Source: Candidatus Fervidifonticultor secundus
Lineage (GTDB): Bacteria > Sysuimicrobiota > Sysuimicrobiia > Sysuimicrobiales > Humicultoraceae
Assembly (NCBI GenBank): GCA_031459385.1
Contig: JAVKIP010000014.1
Location: 13,717-77,716 of the forward strand
Length of the DNA stretch: 64,000 bases
Direction of reading: 5' to 3'
The translations under genes and the position numbers were made by a program. Of this stretch, positions 54,057-63,479 are shown one piece after another. Each line of letters starts with the position of its first letter. Position 1 is the first letter of the stretch. Under the pieces are notes generated by a model. That model was not told where the DNA came from, did not search any database, and saw only the letters and a program-made list of their open reading frames with translations.

Positions 54057-55293
54057 CCACCCAGGAGGCCAGTCCCCGCGTAACCTCCTCGCCCACCTGT
54101 TGCGGCGTCATCTGGCCGGCCAGCATGGCCTGCAGGGCGCTCTGCAGCAGGGTCGACCCCGTCGGCGTCTGCCAGCGGAACCCGACCAGCATGATATAGG
54201 GCGTGGCCTTGCGGTTCATCTCCTGCACGCGCTTCAACACCGGATCCTTGATGACGACCCCGGGCACCGCCGACATCTGGGCCAGCAGATCGGTGAACAT
54301 CTGCCCGAACTCGGTGGTGGCCGTGAAGCGGATGAACTTCAGCGCCGCGTCCATGTGCGCCGTCCTGGCATTGATGCCGTAGTTGCCGTCGGCGAACGAC
54401 GAGACCCACGGGAGCTGGTCCGCCCGGGGCGGCGGGCCGGGGAAGACATCGAAGTCCAGGTTCTTGTTCTGCTGCTTGAAGAACCCGATCTCCCATGCGC
54501 CGCCGATGAACATGGCAGCCTGCTCGTTCAGGAAGAGCTGCTGCATCGTGGCGTAGTCGACGCCCATGAAGCCCTGCGGCATGTAGGGCCGCAGGTCCAG
54601 CAGCCTGGCCAGGGCGCCGGTGTACGTCGGGTCGCGGAACGTGGTCTGGCCGCGCGTGACGGCCTCGAAGAACGTCGTGCCGCCGTAGAAGTTGGGCGCG
54701 ATCACGCCCGAGACGACCTCCAGCGTCCAGCCGTCCTTGCCGCCGTTGGCCAGTGGGGTGATCCCCTTGTCTTTCAGGGTCTTCATCAGGCCCAGGAAGC
54801 CGTCCCAGTCGCGCGGCACCGAGACGCCGGCTTCCCGGAAGATGCTCTTGTTGTAGAAGATGACCAGCGTCTGGGTCGCGAACGGCACGCCGTAGATCTT
54901 GCCGTCCTTGCGGCTGCGGGCGCCGACCATCGTCTGCAGCGGGAAGCGCCGCAGTTCGGGCACCTGGTCGTAGCTCAGGGGCGCCAGGAACCCCGGAGCC
55001 GCGAACTGCTCCAGGCCGCCGTACGCCCGCAGGTGGATGATGTCAGGCCCCCGGCCCGCCTGCAGGGCCGACGAGAGGATCGTGTTGTACTCCACCTGCC
55101 GGAACGGGACGAACTCCACGCTGATCCCGAGGTTGCGCTGCTCGAAGACCCGGATCATCCGGTCGTAGGCCTACTTGTCCTCGGTCCGCCAGCTCCAGAA
55201 CGTGAGCTTCACGGGCGCCTGCGCCTGCACCACCGATGTGGTGGTCGCCACCAGCAGGGCGCCCAGGACGAGTGCCAGCACACGTCGCCTCAC
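54040..55293 (-). pseudogene. Carbohydrate ABC substrate-binding protein interrupted by an in-frame TAG at codon 41
   Basis: GGAGGAGG + GTG 55293, signal peptide, LTFWSWRTEDK*AYDRMI; TAG at 55173-55171. Confidence 0.85.
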
Positions 55294-55352
55294 GGCGGGG
55301 TCCCTCCTCCTCGGCTGCGCCGCGGCCCGCCTTCTGCGGCCGCGCACCCTTG

Positions 55353-55385
55353 AGTATGCCAGATGCGCCTGTCGGCGCGATCGGG
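55353..55385 (-). promoter_or_regulatory. Regulon-type half box plus -10 upstream of the carbohydrate ABC locus
   Basis: ATCGGG 55380-55385; minus -10 CATACT 55358-55353, 21 nt. Confidence 0.45.
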
Positions 55386-55413
55386 CGGCGATCCGCGCAC
55401 CGTTGCGCCCCGC

Positions 55414-56097
55414 TCACCCGTGCAGCGCCGCCACGAACCGGCGCGTGATCTCCCGGGGGTTCGTGATGGCCGTGCCCACGACCACCGCGAACGCCCCCCG
55501 CGCCATGGCCATCCGCGCCTCCTCGGGCGTCCGGATGCGCCCCTCGGCGATGACCGGCACCTGCAGGCGCCGTGCCAGGGCTTCGACGAGGTCCAGGTCG
55601 GGCTCCTCCGGGGGCGGCTGCGTGGCGTCCAGATACCCCGACAGGGTGGTGGCGACGGCATCGGCCCCGGCGGCGGCCGCGGCCAGGCCGTCGGCCAGAT
55701 CGCCCACGTCGGCCAGCACGGGCCGGTCCAGCTCGGCATGGATGCGCCGGATGAGCGTCTCGAGCGTCACACCGCCCGGGCGCGGCCGGCTAGTGCCGTC
55801 CACCGCGATGATGTCCGCGCCGGCTTCCGCCACGGCGGCGGCATCGGCGAACGTGGGCGTGATGACCACCGGCGAGACCCCGGCGGGACGCTTGGAGAGA
55901 CCGACGATGGGGACCGCCACGGCGGTCCGGACGGCGCGCACGTCGTCGGGGCCGTCGACGCGCACGCCGACCGCCCCGCCCGCCGCTGCCGCGCGGGCCA
56001 TCGCGGCCATGAAGGCCGGGCCGTGGAGCGGGTTGTCGGGGCGGGCCTGGCACGAGACGACCAGGCCACCGGCCAGGCGGGCGAGGGAAGGGTGCAC
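55414..56097 (-). CDS. nanE: N-acetylmannosamine-6-phosphate 2-epimerase
   Basis: LVVSCQA, IVGLSK, VITPT, ATTLSGY, IAEGRI, VGTAITNP. Confidence 0.92.
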   Translation of the reverse strand: MHPSLARLAGGLVVSCQARPDNPLHGPAFMAAMARAAAAGGAVGVRVDGPDDVRAVRTAVAVPIVGLSKRPAGVSPVVITPTFADAAAVAEAGADIIAVDGTSRPRPGGVTLETLIRRIHAELDRPVLADVGDLADGLAAAAAGADAVATTLSGYLDATQPPPEEPDLDLVEALARRLQVPVIAEGRIRTPEEARMAMARGAFAVVVGTAITNPREITRRFVAALHG

Positions 56098-56113
56098 CCT
56101 CGTGACTGCAGGT

Positions 56114-56674
56114 TCAGTCGCCGTGCCGGGCCCGCAGCCGCGGCGACAGCCGCAGCATGAGCTGCACCCGCTCCACTTCGTTCAGCCAGTCGGCGACGAC
56201 CGCCGGGAGGTACTGGTCGTCGGGAGGCACGATGCCGGTGGGACAGGACGGCCCCAGGCGGTCGCGCGCCAGCCGCCGGTAGACCGACAGCGTCCGGTCG
56301 CCGTAGCGGCCGCACTCCTCGAAGTCCTCGGCCAGGAAGACGACCACGGGAATCCGCCGGCCGGCGTTGAGCACCAGGGCGTCCTGCACGTCGGCGTGCG
56401 CGTCGCGGTCCAGGAAGCGCAGGGCGATCGCCGGCGACGCCTCGGCGATGCGCTGGAGGACGGGACCCTGCAGCACGCAGTCGCCGCACCAGACGCCCGC
56501 CACGCACAGCAGGTGCATCCTGCGGGTGAACCCTGCCAGGAGGGCCTGCTGGGAGCCATCGAGGGCCACCTGGTCGTAGATGCGCTGCCACCGCTCCCGG
56601 TGACGCTCCTCACCGTGCCGGACCAGGAACTCCGCGTACGGGAGCCCGCGGTCCCATGCCTGCTGCCAGTTCAT
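56114..56674 (-). CDS. Thioredoxin-family protein
   Basis: WCGDC active site, RIP cis-Pro motif. Confidence 0.88.
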   Translation of the reverse strand: MNWQQAWDRGLPYAEFLVRHGEERHRERWQRIYDQVALDGSQQALLAGFTRRMHLLCVAGVWCGDCVLQGPVLQRIAEASPAIALRFLDRDAHADVQDALVLNAGRRIPVVVFLAEDFEECGRYGDRTLSVYRRLARDRLGPSCPTGIVPPDDQYLPAVVADWLNEVERVQLMLRLSPRLRARHGD

Positions 56675-56707
56675 GCCGTCCTCCCCCTACGGTACAATCG
56701 AGGCGCC

Positions 56708-57031
56708 ATGGCCACCTCCGAAGCCGATGCGTACCGCCGGTTGCGCGAGGCCGCACGGGCGGTCGATCCGGCGCTCGTCGTCGAGCGCGGCTCGGTCCAC
56801 TGGGTCGACGCGCCGTACGCCGGCGTCTACTACAACCTGGTCCTGGGCGACGCGCACGCGCTCCTGTTCCTGCCGGCTGACGACCTGGAGGCGCCGGACG
56901 CCGGCGCACGTCTTCTGGAACGCCTCAGGGCCGCGCGCCGCTACCTGGGCGAGTTTACGACTGCGCCCGGCTCGTCTATTCCCGCGGGACCGGCCCGCGC
57001 ATCGCACGGCACGGCGGAGCCGCGGCCATGA
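56708..57031 (+). CDS. Hypothetical protein
   Basis: TACAAT -10 at 56693; MATSEADAYRRL...; stop overlaps the next ATG. Confidence 0.65.
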   Translation: MATSEADAYRRLREAARAVDPALVVERGSVHWVDAPYAGVYYNLVLGDAHALLFLPADDLEAPDAGARLLERLRAARRYLGEFTTAPGSSIPAGPARASHGTAEPRP

Positions 57032-57675
57032 TCCTCGAGACCCTGCAGGTGGGCCCGGTCGGGACCAACGCCTACGTCATCGGTGACGAGGCGACGCATG
57101 CCGGGGCGATCATCGACCCCGGTGACGAGCCGGCGCGCGTGCTCGCGGTCGTGGCCCGCCACCAGCTCACGGTGGAGGCGATCGTCGCTACCCACGCCCA
57201 CTTCGACCACGTCGGCGCCGTGCGGCCACTGGTCGAGGCCACCGGTGCGCCGTTCCTGCTCCACGAAGCCGAACTGCCGGTCCTGGAGGTGGCGGCCGAG
57301 CGCGCCCTACTCCTGTTCGGCGTCTCGGTCCCGCCGCCGCCGCCGCCGACGCGGTTGCTGCGGGAGGGAGAGACGCTGACGCTGGCTGGCCGGCCGTTTC
57401 GCGTGGTGCACGCGCCCGGGCACAGCCCGGGGCACCTGTGCCTGCTCGGCGAGGGCCTGGCTTTCGTCGGCGACGTTATCTTCCGCGGCAGCATCGGCCG
57501 CACCGACCTGCCCGGCGGCGACTACGAGGTGCTGTTGCGATCGATCGCGCGCCACATCCTGACGCTTCCGGACGACACCGTGCTCTACAACGGTCACGGC
57601 CCGGCCACCACGGTGGAGTGGGAGCGCCGCACGAATCCGTTCCTGGCGGGGCTGTCGCCGGCTGCCGACGCCTAG
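57028..57675 (+). CDS. MBL-fold metallo-hydrolase (glyoxalase II-like)
   Basis: THAHFDH, PGHSPG, GDVIF...GRTDLPGG, GHG. Confidence 0.93.
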   Translation: MILETLQVGPVGTNAYVIGDEATHAGAIIDPGDEPARVLAVVARHQLTVEAIVATHAHFDHVGAVRPLVEATGAPFLLHEAELPVLEVAAERALLLFGVSVPPPPPPTRLLREGETLTLAGRPFRVVHAPGHSPGHLCLLGEGLAFVGDVIFRGSIGRTDLPGGDYEVLLRSIARHILTLPDDTVLYNGHGPATTVEWERRTNPFLAGLSPAADA

Positions 57676-57682
57676 CGCGCCC

Positions 57683-58411
57683 GTGCCTCGCCTGCCGTTG
57701 CTCTTCCTGCACGGGGCCGGGGGTGTGAGCCAGGTCTGGCAGCACCAGCTCCTGGCCTTTCCGACGGCCAAAGCCGCCGACCTGCCGGGCCGCGGCGGCC
57801 CGCCGCTACCTGCCGGGCGGAGCACGGTGGATGCCTACCTGGCGGCGGTGCGCGCGCGCGCTGTGGGGCGCGCGCCTCGGGTGCTCGTCGGCCATTCGCT
57901 GGGCGCGGCCATTGCGCTGGCCTGGGCGGCCGCAGCGCCCGACGAGGTGCGGGGGCTCGCGCTCCTCGGGTTGTGCGAGCGCCTCCCCGTGCCCGCCGCA
58001 GTCTGGGAGGCCCTGCGGTCGGGCGACCCGCGCCAGCGGGAACGGCTCACCCGGTGGTGGTTCGGGCCGACGGCGAGCGCACGGCTCCGCGAGAAGGCGC
58101 GCGCCGCGCTGGCCGCGATGCCGCGCGAGGTGCTGCTGGCCGACTTCGGGGCGGCCGCGCGCTTCGACGCTTCGGCGGCGCTGGACCGCCTGGCCACCCT
58201 GCCGGCAGCCAGCCGCATCCCCGCGCTGCTCCTGATAGGCGAGGCCGACGCGCTGACCCCGCCCGACTGCGCCCGCCGTCTCCACGCGCGCCTGCCCGCG
58301 TCGTCGCTGGTGGTCGTGCAGGATGCCGGGCACCTGGCGATGCTGGAGCAGCCGCGCGCTGTCAACGCGGCGCTCCGCGCGTTCGTCGACGGCCTCGAGG
58401 CCGCAGCATGA
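57683..58411 (+). CDS. Alpha/beta hydrolase
   Basis: FLHGAGG, DLPG, GHSLG, GEAD, AGHL. Confidence 0.9.
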   Translation: MPRLPLLFLHGAGGVSQVWQHQLLAFPTAKAADLPGRGGPPLPAGRSTVDAYLAAVRARAVGRAPRVLVGHSLGAAIALAWAAAAPDEVRGLALLGLCERLPVPAAVWEALRSGDPRQRERLTRWWFGPTASARLREKARAALAAMPREVLLADFGAAARFDASAALDRLATLPAASRIPALLLIGEADALTPPDCARRLHARLPASSLVVVQDAGHLAMLEQPRAVNAALRAFVDGLEAAA

Positions 58412-58526
58412 GCGCGCGCGGCCCGAAAGCGCGCACTGCGGGGGGAGGACCGCGCCAAAGAGACCCAGGGCCCCAGGGCGAAGAGCGCGGCGGAGAGGAG
58501 CAGCGGGTCTTGAGGAGGCAGGAGCC

Positions 58527-59288
58527 GTGTCTGCGATCATCGATCTGAACGCCGACGGCGGCGAGGGCTTCGGCGCCTACACCATCGGCGCCGACGAGGC
58601 GCTGCTGGCGTCGGTGACGTCCCTCAACGTCGCGTGCGGCTACCACGGCGGCGATCCGGTGGTGATCCGGCGAACGATCCGGGCCGCGGCGGCGCGCGGT
58701 GTCTCGGTCGGCGCGCATCCGGGCTTCCCCGACCTCCAGGGCTTCGGCCGGCGGGCCATGCAGATTCCGCCGGGCGACCTGACCGACATGCTGATCTACC
58801 AGATCGGCGCGGTGGCGGCGCTGGCGGCGGCGGAGGGTGCGCGCCTGCGCCACGTGAAGGCGCACGGCGCCCTCTACAACCTCGCCGAGCGCGACGACGC
58901 GGTCGCCGGCGCCATCGCCGCAGCGGCGGCCGCGTTTCCCGGACTCTGGCTCTACGCGCCGCCCGGCTCGCCGATGGCGCGGGCCGCCCAGGCCAGGGGG
59001 GTGCGCGTGGCGCCCGAGGGGTTCCTGGACCGGGGCTATCGCGCCGACGGCACCCTCGTGCCGCGCTCGCACCCCGACGCGCTGCTCACCGACCCGGCGC
59101 GCGTGGCGGTAAAGGCCGTGCGCTTGGCCGCCGAGGGCGTCGTGGAGGCTACCGACGGCACCCTGGTGGCGCTGCGGCCGCGCACGCTGTGCGTCCACAG
59201 CGACACCCCGGGGGCGCCGGCGCTGGCCGCGGCGGCTCGGGCCGCGCTGGAGCGCGCGGGGGTGCGCCTAGCCCCGCCGGAAGACTGA
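58527..59288 (+). CDS. pxpA: 5-oxoprolinase subunit A (LamB/YcsF)
   Basis: DLNADGGEGFG, NVACGYHGGDP, GAHP, HVKAHGALYN, CVHSD. Confidence 0.92.
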   Translation: MSAIIDLNADGGEGFGAYTIGADEALLASVTSLNVACGYHGGDPVVIRRTIRAAAARGVSVGAHPGFPDLQGFGRRAMQIPPGDLTDMLIYQIGAVAALAAAEGARLRHVKAHGALYNLAERDDAVAGAIAAAAAAFPGLWLYAPPGSPMARAAQARGVRVAPEGFLDRGYRADGTLVPRSHPDALLTDPARVAVKAVRLAAEGVVEATDGTLVALRPRTLCVHSDTPGAPALAAAARAALERAGVRLAPPED

Positions 59289-59315
59289 CCGCAGGCGCCG
59301 CCCGGCGCCCGTGAT

Positions 59316-59323
59316 GCTATAAT
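59316..59323 (+). promoter_or_regulatory. Extended -10 (TG-C-TATAAT) of the ABC exporter operon
   Basis: gatgctataat upstream of the GTG/ATG starts at 59340/59349. Confidence 0.65.
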
Positions 59324-59348
59324 CACAACGTTTCGGCCCGTGCGTCCC

Positions 59349-61256
59349 ATGGACACCAGCGTCCGGCGCCTGCGCGCCTACCTCCTGCGCCACCGGCGCG
59401 CCTACCTCGCCGGGTTCGCCCTCAGCCTGGTGAGCACCGCCCTGTCGCTGATGCACCCCTGGGTGCTCCGCCTGGCCGTGGACGGCATCCGGGGCGGGGT
59501 GACCTCGCGCCAGCTGGTCGGGCTGGCGCTGGCGTACGTCGGTGTCGCCGTCGCCGGCGGCGCCGTGCGCTTCTTCTGGCGCATGCGCCTGCTGGGCGCG
59601 GGGCGCACCATCGAGTACGAGATCCGCAACGACTACTTCGCGCACCTGCAGCGGCTGCCCGTCGCGTTCTTCCAGCTCGCGCGCACCGGCGACCTGATGG
59701 CCCGGGCCACCAACGACCTGAATGCCGTGAGCCGTCTGGTCGGCGTCGGCGTCATGTACGGGTTCCACACCGTGGTGATGTTCGCGGCGGCCGGGGCGTT
59801 CATGTTCACCATCGACACGCCGCTGGCGCTGATGGTGGTGGCGGTCCTCCCCCTGGTCAGCGTGGTCTTCCTGGTGCTGGGCCGGCGGGTCCACCACCAC
59901 TCGGAGCGGCTGCAGGCGCAGTTCTCGACACTCTCGGCGCTGGCGCAGGAAAACTTCTCCGGCATCCGCGTGGTCAAGGCGTTCGCTCAGGAGCAGGCGC
60001 AGCTCCACGCCTTCGCCGCCGCTGGCCGCGAGTACGTGGCGCGCGCGTTGCGGCTGTCGCGGACGTCGGGGGCGCTGTGGCCCGCCATGACCCTCATCCT
60101 TGGGATCGCGGCCGCCCTGGTGCTCTGGCAGGGCGGTGTCGCGGTGGTCGTCGGCCGCATCACCCTGGGCCAGATGGTGCAGTTCTTCGGCTACCTGATG
60201 ATGCTGTCGTGGCCGATGATCGCCCTGGGCTGGGTCGCCAACATCGTCCAGCAGGGCCTGGCCTCGATGCGCCGCATCGACGAGATCTTGAGCCTCCGGC
60301 CGGCCATCACCTCGCCGCCGGCGGCGCGGACCCCCGAGGTGCGGCGGGGCGAGGTGGAGTTCCGCAAGGTGTCGTTCGCCTACGACGGCCGTGCCCCCGT
60401 GCTCCGGGACATCTCGCTGGTGATCCCCGCGGGTGCCACCGTCGCCGTCGTGGGGCCCACCGGCGCCGGGAAGAGCACGTTGGTGTCGCTGATCCCCCGG
60501 CTGTGGGATCCGACCGACGGCGCTGTCCTGGTGGACGGGGTCGACGCACGGGCCTGGGACCTGCAGGCCCTGCGGCGGGCCATCGGGTTCGTGCCGCAGG
60601 ATCCCTTCCTCTTCTCTGACACGCTGGAGGAGAACCTGCGCTTCGGGCTCGACGGCGATCCTCCCGGATCTGCAGGGGCCGGCGCCAGCGCAGGAACCGG
60701 CGACGACGCAGGCGGCGGCGACGGCGCAGGGACGGGCGGCGGACCAGGGGCCGGCAACGGCGCGGGGGTGCGCCGTGCCGCGGAGATCGCAGGCCTGGCG
60801 CAGGAGATCGCGGGCTTTCCCCACGGGTATGCCACCATGGTCGGCGAGCGCGGTGTCACCCTGTCGGGCGGCCAGAAACAGCGCGCGACCCTCGCGCGGG
60901 CCCTGGCCCGCGATCCGGCCATCCTCATCCTCGACGACGCCCTCTCCAGCGTCGATGCCGCCACCGAAGAGCAGATCCTCCGCGCCCTGCGCGACTTCGC
61001 CGCGGGCCGCACGACCCTGATCATCTCCCATCGGATCTCGACCGTCCGCCATGCAGACCTGATCGTGGTCATGGACGACGGTACCATCGTCGAGCAGGGC
61101 ACCCACGAGAACCTGCTGGCCCGCGGTGGCCTCTACGCCGACCTCTACCGGCGCCAGCTGCTGCGCGAGGCGCTGGAGGCCGCAGGCGAGACAGTGGAGG
61201 CCTCAGGCGCCACGGCGGAGGGACCGCCGGGCGGCGGGCGGCCGGAGCGGCCATGA
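59349..61256 (+). CDS. Heterodimeric ABC exporter half 1 (YheI/MdlA-like, degenerate Walker B)
   Basis: TMD plus NBD; GPTGAGKS, LSGGQKQR, ILILDDA; Gly-rich insert. Confidence 0.93.
   Translation: MDTSVRRLRAYLLRHRRAYLAGFALSLVSTALSLMHPWVLRLAVDGIRGGVTSRQLVGLALAYVGVAVAGGAVRFFWRMRLLGAGRTIEYEIRNDYFAHLQRLPVAFFQLARTGDLMARATNDLNAVSRLVGVGVMYGFHTVVMFAAAGAFMFTIDTPLALMVVAVLPLVSVVFLVLGRRVHHHSERLQAQFSTLSALAQENFSGIRVVKAFAQEQAQLHAFAAAGREYVARALRLSRTSGALWPAMTLILGIAAALVLWQGGVAVVVGRITLGQMVQFFGYLMMLSWPMIALGWVANIVQQGLASMRRIDEILSLRPAITSPPAARTPEVRRGEVEFRKVSFAYDGRAPVLRDISLVIPAGATVAVVGPTGAGKSTLVSLIPRLWDPTDGAVLVDGVDARAWDLQALRRAIGFVPQDPFLFSDTLEENLRFGLDGDPPGSAGAGASAGTGDDAGGGDGAGTGGGPGAGNGAGVRRAAEIAGLAQEIAGFPHGYATMVGERGVTLSGGQKQRATLARALARDPAILILDDALSSVDAATEEQILRALRDFAAGRTTLIISHRISTVRHADLIVVMDDGTIVEQGTHENLLARGGLYADLYRRQLLREALEAAGETVEASGATAEGPPGGGRPERP
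60672..60768. repeat. Degenerate 18-bp tandem repeat (~5.4 units) inside the NBD
   Basis: gcaggggccggcgccagc / gcaggaaccggcgacgac / gcaggcggcggcgacggc / gcagggacgggcggcgga / ccaggggccggcaacggc. Confidence 0.8.
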
Positions 61257-63076
61257 GCGTCCACATCCCCGAAGAGGAGTTCGTGGGCGCCGCCTACGAC
61301 GGCCGCCTGCTGCGCCGGCTGCTGCGGTACGTCCGGCCGTACCGGGGCGCCGTGCTGGCCGCTGTGGTGCTGCTGTTGCTGACGTCGGCGGCTGGGCTGG
61401 TGGGGCCGTATCTGGTGCGGGTGGCCATCGACGCCCACATCGCCCCCGGCCGGCTAGCCGGGCTGGGGTGGGTCGTCGCGGCGTACGTGGGCGCGCTGGT
61501 GGCGGGGTTCGTCCTGCGGTACGCGCAGTCGTACGTCATGGCCTGGGTCGGCCAGCGCGCGATGCACGACCTGCGGGAGGAACTGTTCGCGCACCTGCAG
61601 CGCCTGTCCATCGGCTTCTACACGCGGCAGCCCGTCGGCCGGTTGGTGACGCGCATCACCAACGACATCGACGCGCTGAACGAGCTGATCACCCAGGGCG
61701 TGGTGGCCGTCTTCGGCGACCTGGTCACTCTGGTCGGCATCGTGGCCATCCTGCTCTACCTCGACTGGCAACTGGCCCTGGCGACGCTGGCGGTGCTGCC
61801 GGTGATCGTGGCGGTCACCATGCGGTTCCGCGTTCGGGCCCGGGAGTCGTACCGCCAGGTCCGTGTGCGCCTGGCGCGCATCAACGCCTTCCTCAACGAA
61901 CATCTGATGGGTATGGGTGTCGTGCAGCTGTTCGGCCGCGAGCACCGCGAGCAGGCGCGGTTCGACGGGCTGAACCGGGCGCACCTGACGGCCACCCTGG
62001 CCGGGCTGCGGTCGTTCGCCCTGTTCCACCCCATGATCGGCGCGCTGTCGGCGGCGGCCGTGGCGGTGATCCTGGCCTACGGGGGGATCCAGGCGCTGGC
62101 CGGCGGCGTGACGGTGGGGCTGGTGGTGGCGTTCATCCAGTACGCGCAGCGCTTCTTCGAGCCCATCGAAGACCTGGCCGAGAAGTACAATATCCTGCAG
62201 GCGGCCATGGCGTCGTCCGAGCGCATCTTCCGACTCCTGGACGAGCCGGTCGAGGTGGACGATCCCCCGGAGCCGGCACGCGTGACAGTGGTGCGCGGCG
62301 AGATCGAGTTCCGCCACGTCTGGTTCGCCTACGAGGCCGACGACTGGGTCCTGCGCGACGTGTCGTTCCGCGTCCGCCCGGGCGAGCGCGTGGCGCTGGT
62401 CGGGCACACCGGCGCCGGGAAGTCGTCGATCATCAACCTGCTCATGCGCTTCTACGACCCCCAGCGCGGCCAGGTGCTGGTGGACGGTATCGACGTGCGC
62501 GCCTGGCGCCAGCAGGACCTCCGGCGGTGCCTGGGCTTGGTGCTGCAGGATGTCTTCCTGTTCTCGGGGACTATCGCCGACAACATTCGGTTGGGCACGG
62601 CGGGGATCGGCGACGACGCCGTGCGCCGCGCGGCCGAGTTCGTGAACGCGGCGCCGTTCATCGCGCGGCTGCCCGGCGGCTTCCAGGCCGCGGTGCACGA
62701 GCGCGGCGCGACGCTGTCGGGCGGGCAGAAGCAGCTGATCGCGCTGGCCCGGGCGCTGGCCCACAACCCACAGGTCCTGCTCATCCTCGACGAGGCCACG
62801 AGCAGCGTGGACGTGGAGACCGAGCACCTGATCCAGGAGGCGCTGCGCCGGGTGCTGCGCGGGCGGACGGCGATCGTCATCGCCCACCGCCTGTCCACGA
62901 TCCAGGACGCCGACCGGATTCTGGTGCTCCACAGGGGCCGGATCGTCGAGGAAGGGACGCATCACGCCCTGCTGGCGCGCGGCGGCATCTACGCGCGCCT
63001 GTACGAGCTGCAGTACCGCCAGCAGGAAGTTGGGGCGCGCTGGCCGGGTGCGGCCGGCAAGGCCGGGAGAGGGTGA
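61253..63076 (+). CDS. Heterodimeric ABC exporter half 2 (YheH/MdlB-like)
   Basis: GHTGAGKS, LSGGQKQL, LILDEATS, IAHRLST. Confidence 0.94.
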   Translation: MSVHIPEEEFVGAAYDGRLLRRLLRYVRPYRGAVLAAVVLLLLTSAAGLVGPYLVRVAIDAHIAPGRLAGLGWVVAAYVGALVAGFVLRYAQSYVMAWVGQRAMHDLREELFAHLQRLSIGFYTRQPVGRLVTRITNDIDALNELITQGVVAVFGDLVTLVGIVAILLYLDWQLALATLAVLPVIVAVTMRFRVRARESYRQVRVRLARINAFLNEHLMGMGVVQLFGREHREQARFDGLNRAHLTATLAGLRSFALFHPMIGALSAAAVAVILAYGGIQALAGGVTVGLVVAFIQYAQRFFEPIEDLAEKYNILQAAMASSERIFRLLDEPVEVDDPPEPARVTVVRGEIEFRHVWFAYEADDWVLRDVSFRVRPGERVALVGHTGAGKSSIINLLMRFYDPQRGQVLVDGIDVRAWRQQDLRRCLGLVLQDVFLFSGTIADNIRLGTAGIGDDAVRRAAEFVNAAPFIARLPGGFQAAVHERGATLSGGQKQLIALARALAHNPQVLLILDEATSSVDVETEHLIQEALRRVLRGRTAIVIAHRLSTIQDADRILVLHRGRIVEEGTHHALLARGGIYARLYELQYRQQEVGARWPGAAGKAGRG

Positions 63077-63078
63077 GC

Positions 63079-63426
63079 ATGCCGGGTGCGAGCCATCCTG
63101 TGCTGAAGCTGCTGCGCGAGACCGCCCTCGCCGCGCTGGAGGAGCGCCGCGGCCTGGTGATCTACTCGCGCATCGACGCCCAGGAGATGGACCGCATGGC
63201 CCGTCAGATCGAGCGCGACGCCATCGAGAAGATCCGGGCGGCCCTGCCCGAGGCGCTTGACCTGCCCGAGCTGGCCGGCGTACGCAACCGGCTCAGCCGC
63301 ATGGACGAGCAACTCCGCGAGCTCGACGCCCGGACCGAGATCTCCGACCGCTCCCGCGCGCTCGAGCGCGACGACATCACCTGGCGGGCGTTCGAGGACG
63401 TGGTGTGGCTGCTGGGGATCGACTGA
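63079..63426 (+). CDS. Hypothetical helical protein
   Basis: ATG 2 nt after the ABC stop with GGAGAGG; GC3-rich codons; ends ITWRAFEDVVWLLGID. Confidence 0.75.
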   Translation: MPGASHPVLKLLRETALAALEERRGLVIYSRIDAQEMDRMARQIERDAIEKIRAALPEALDLPELAGVRNRLSRMDEQLRELDARTEISDRSRALERDDITWRAFEDVVWLLGID

Positions 63427-63479
63427 CTCCCCGGGCCGCCGCCCAGCGTCGGTCGCGACGGCAGGACCCCGGGCCGGCC

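Noticed and set aside
55171..55173. In-frame TAG read as pyrrolysine or recoding
   Set aside because: TAG is a normal stop for many genes here, there are no pyl genes in the window, and the neighbouring permease is independently broken
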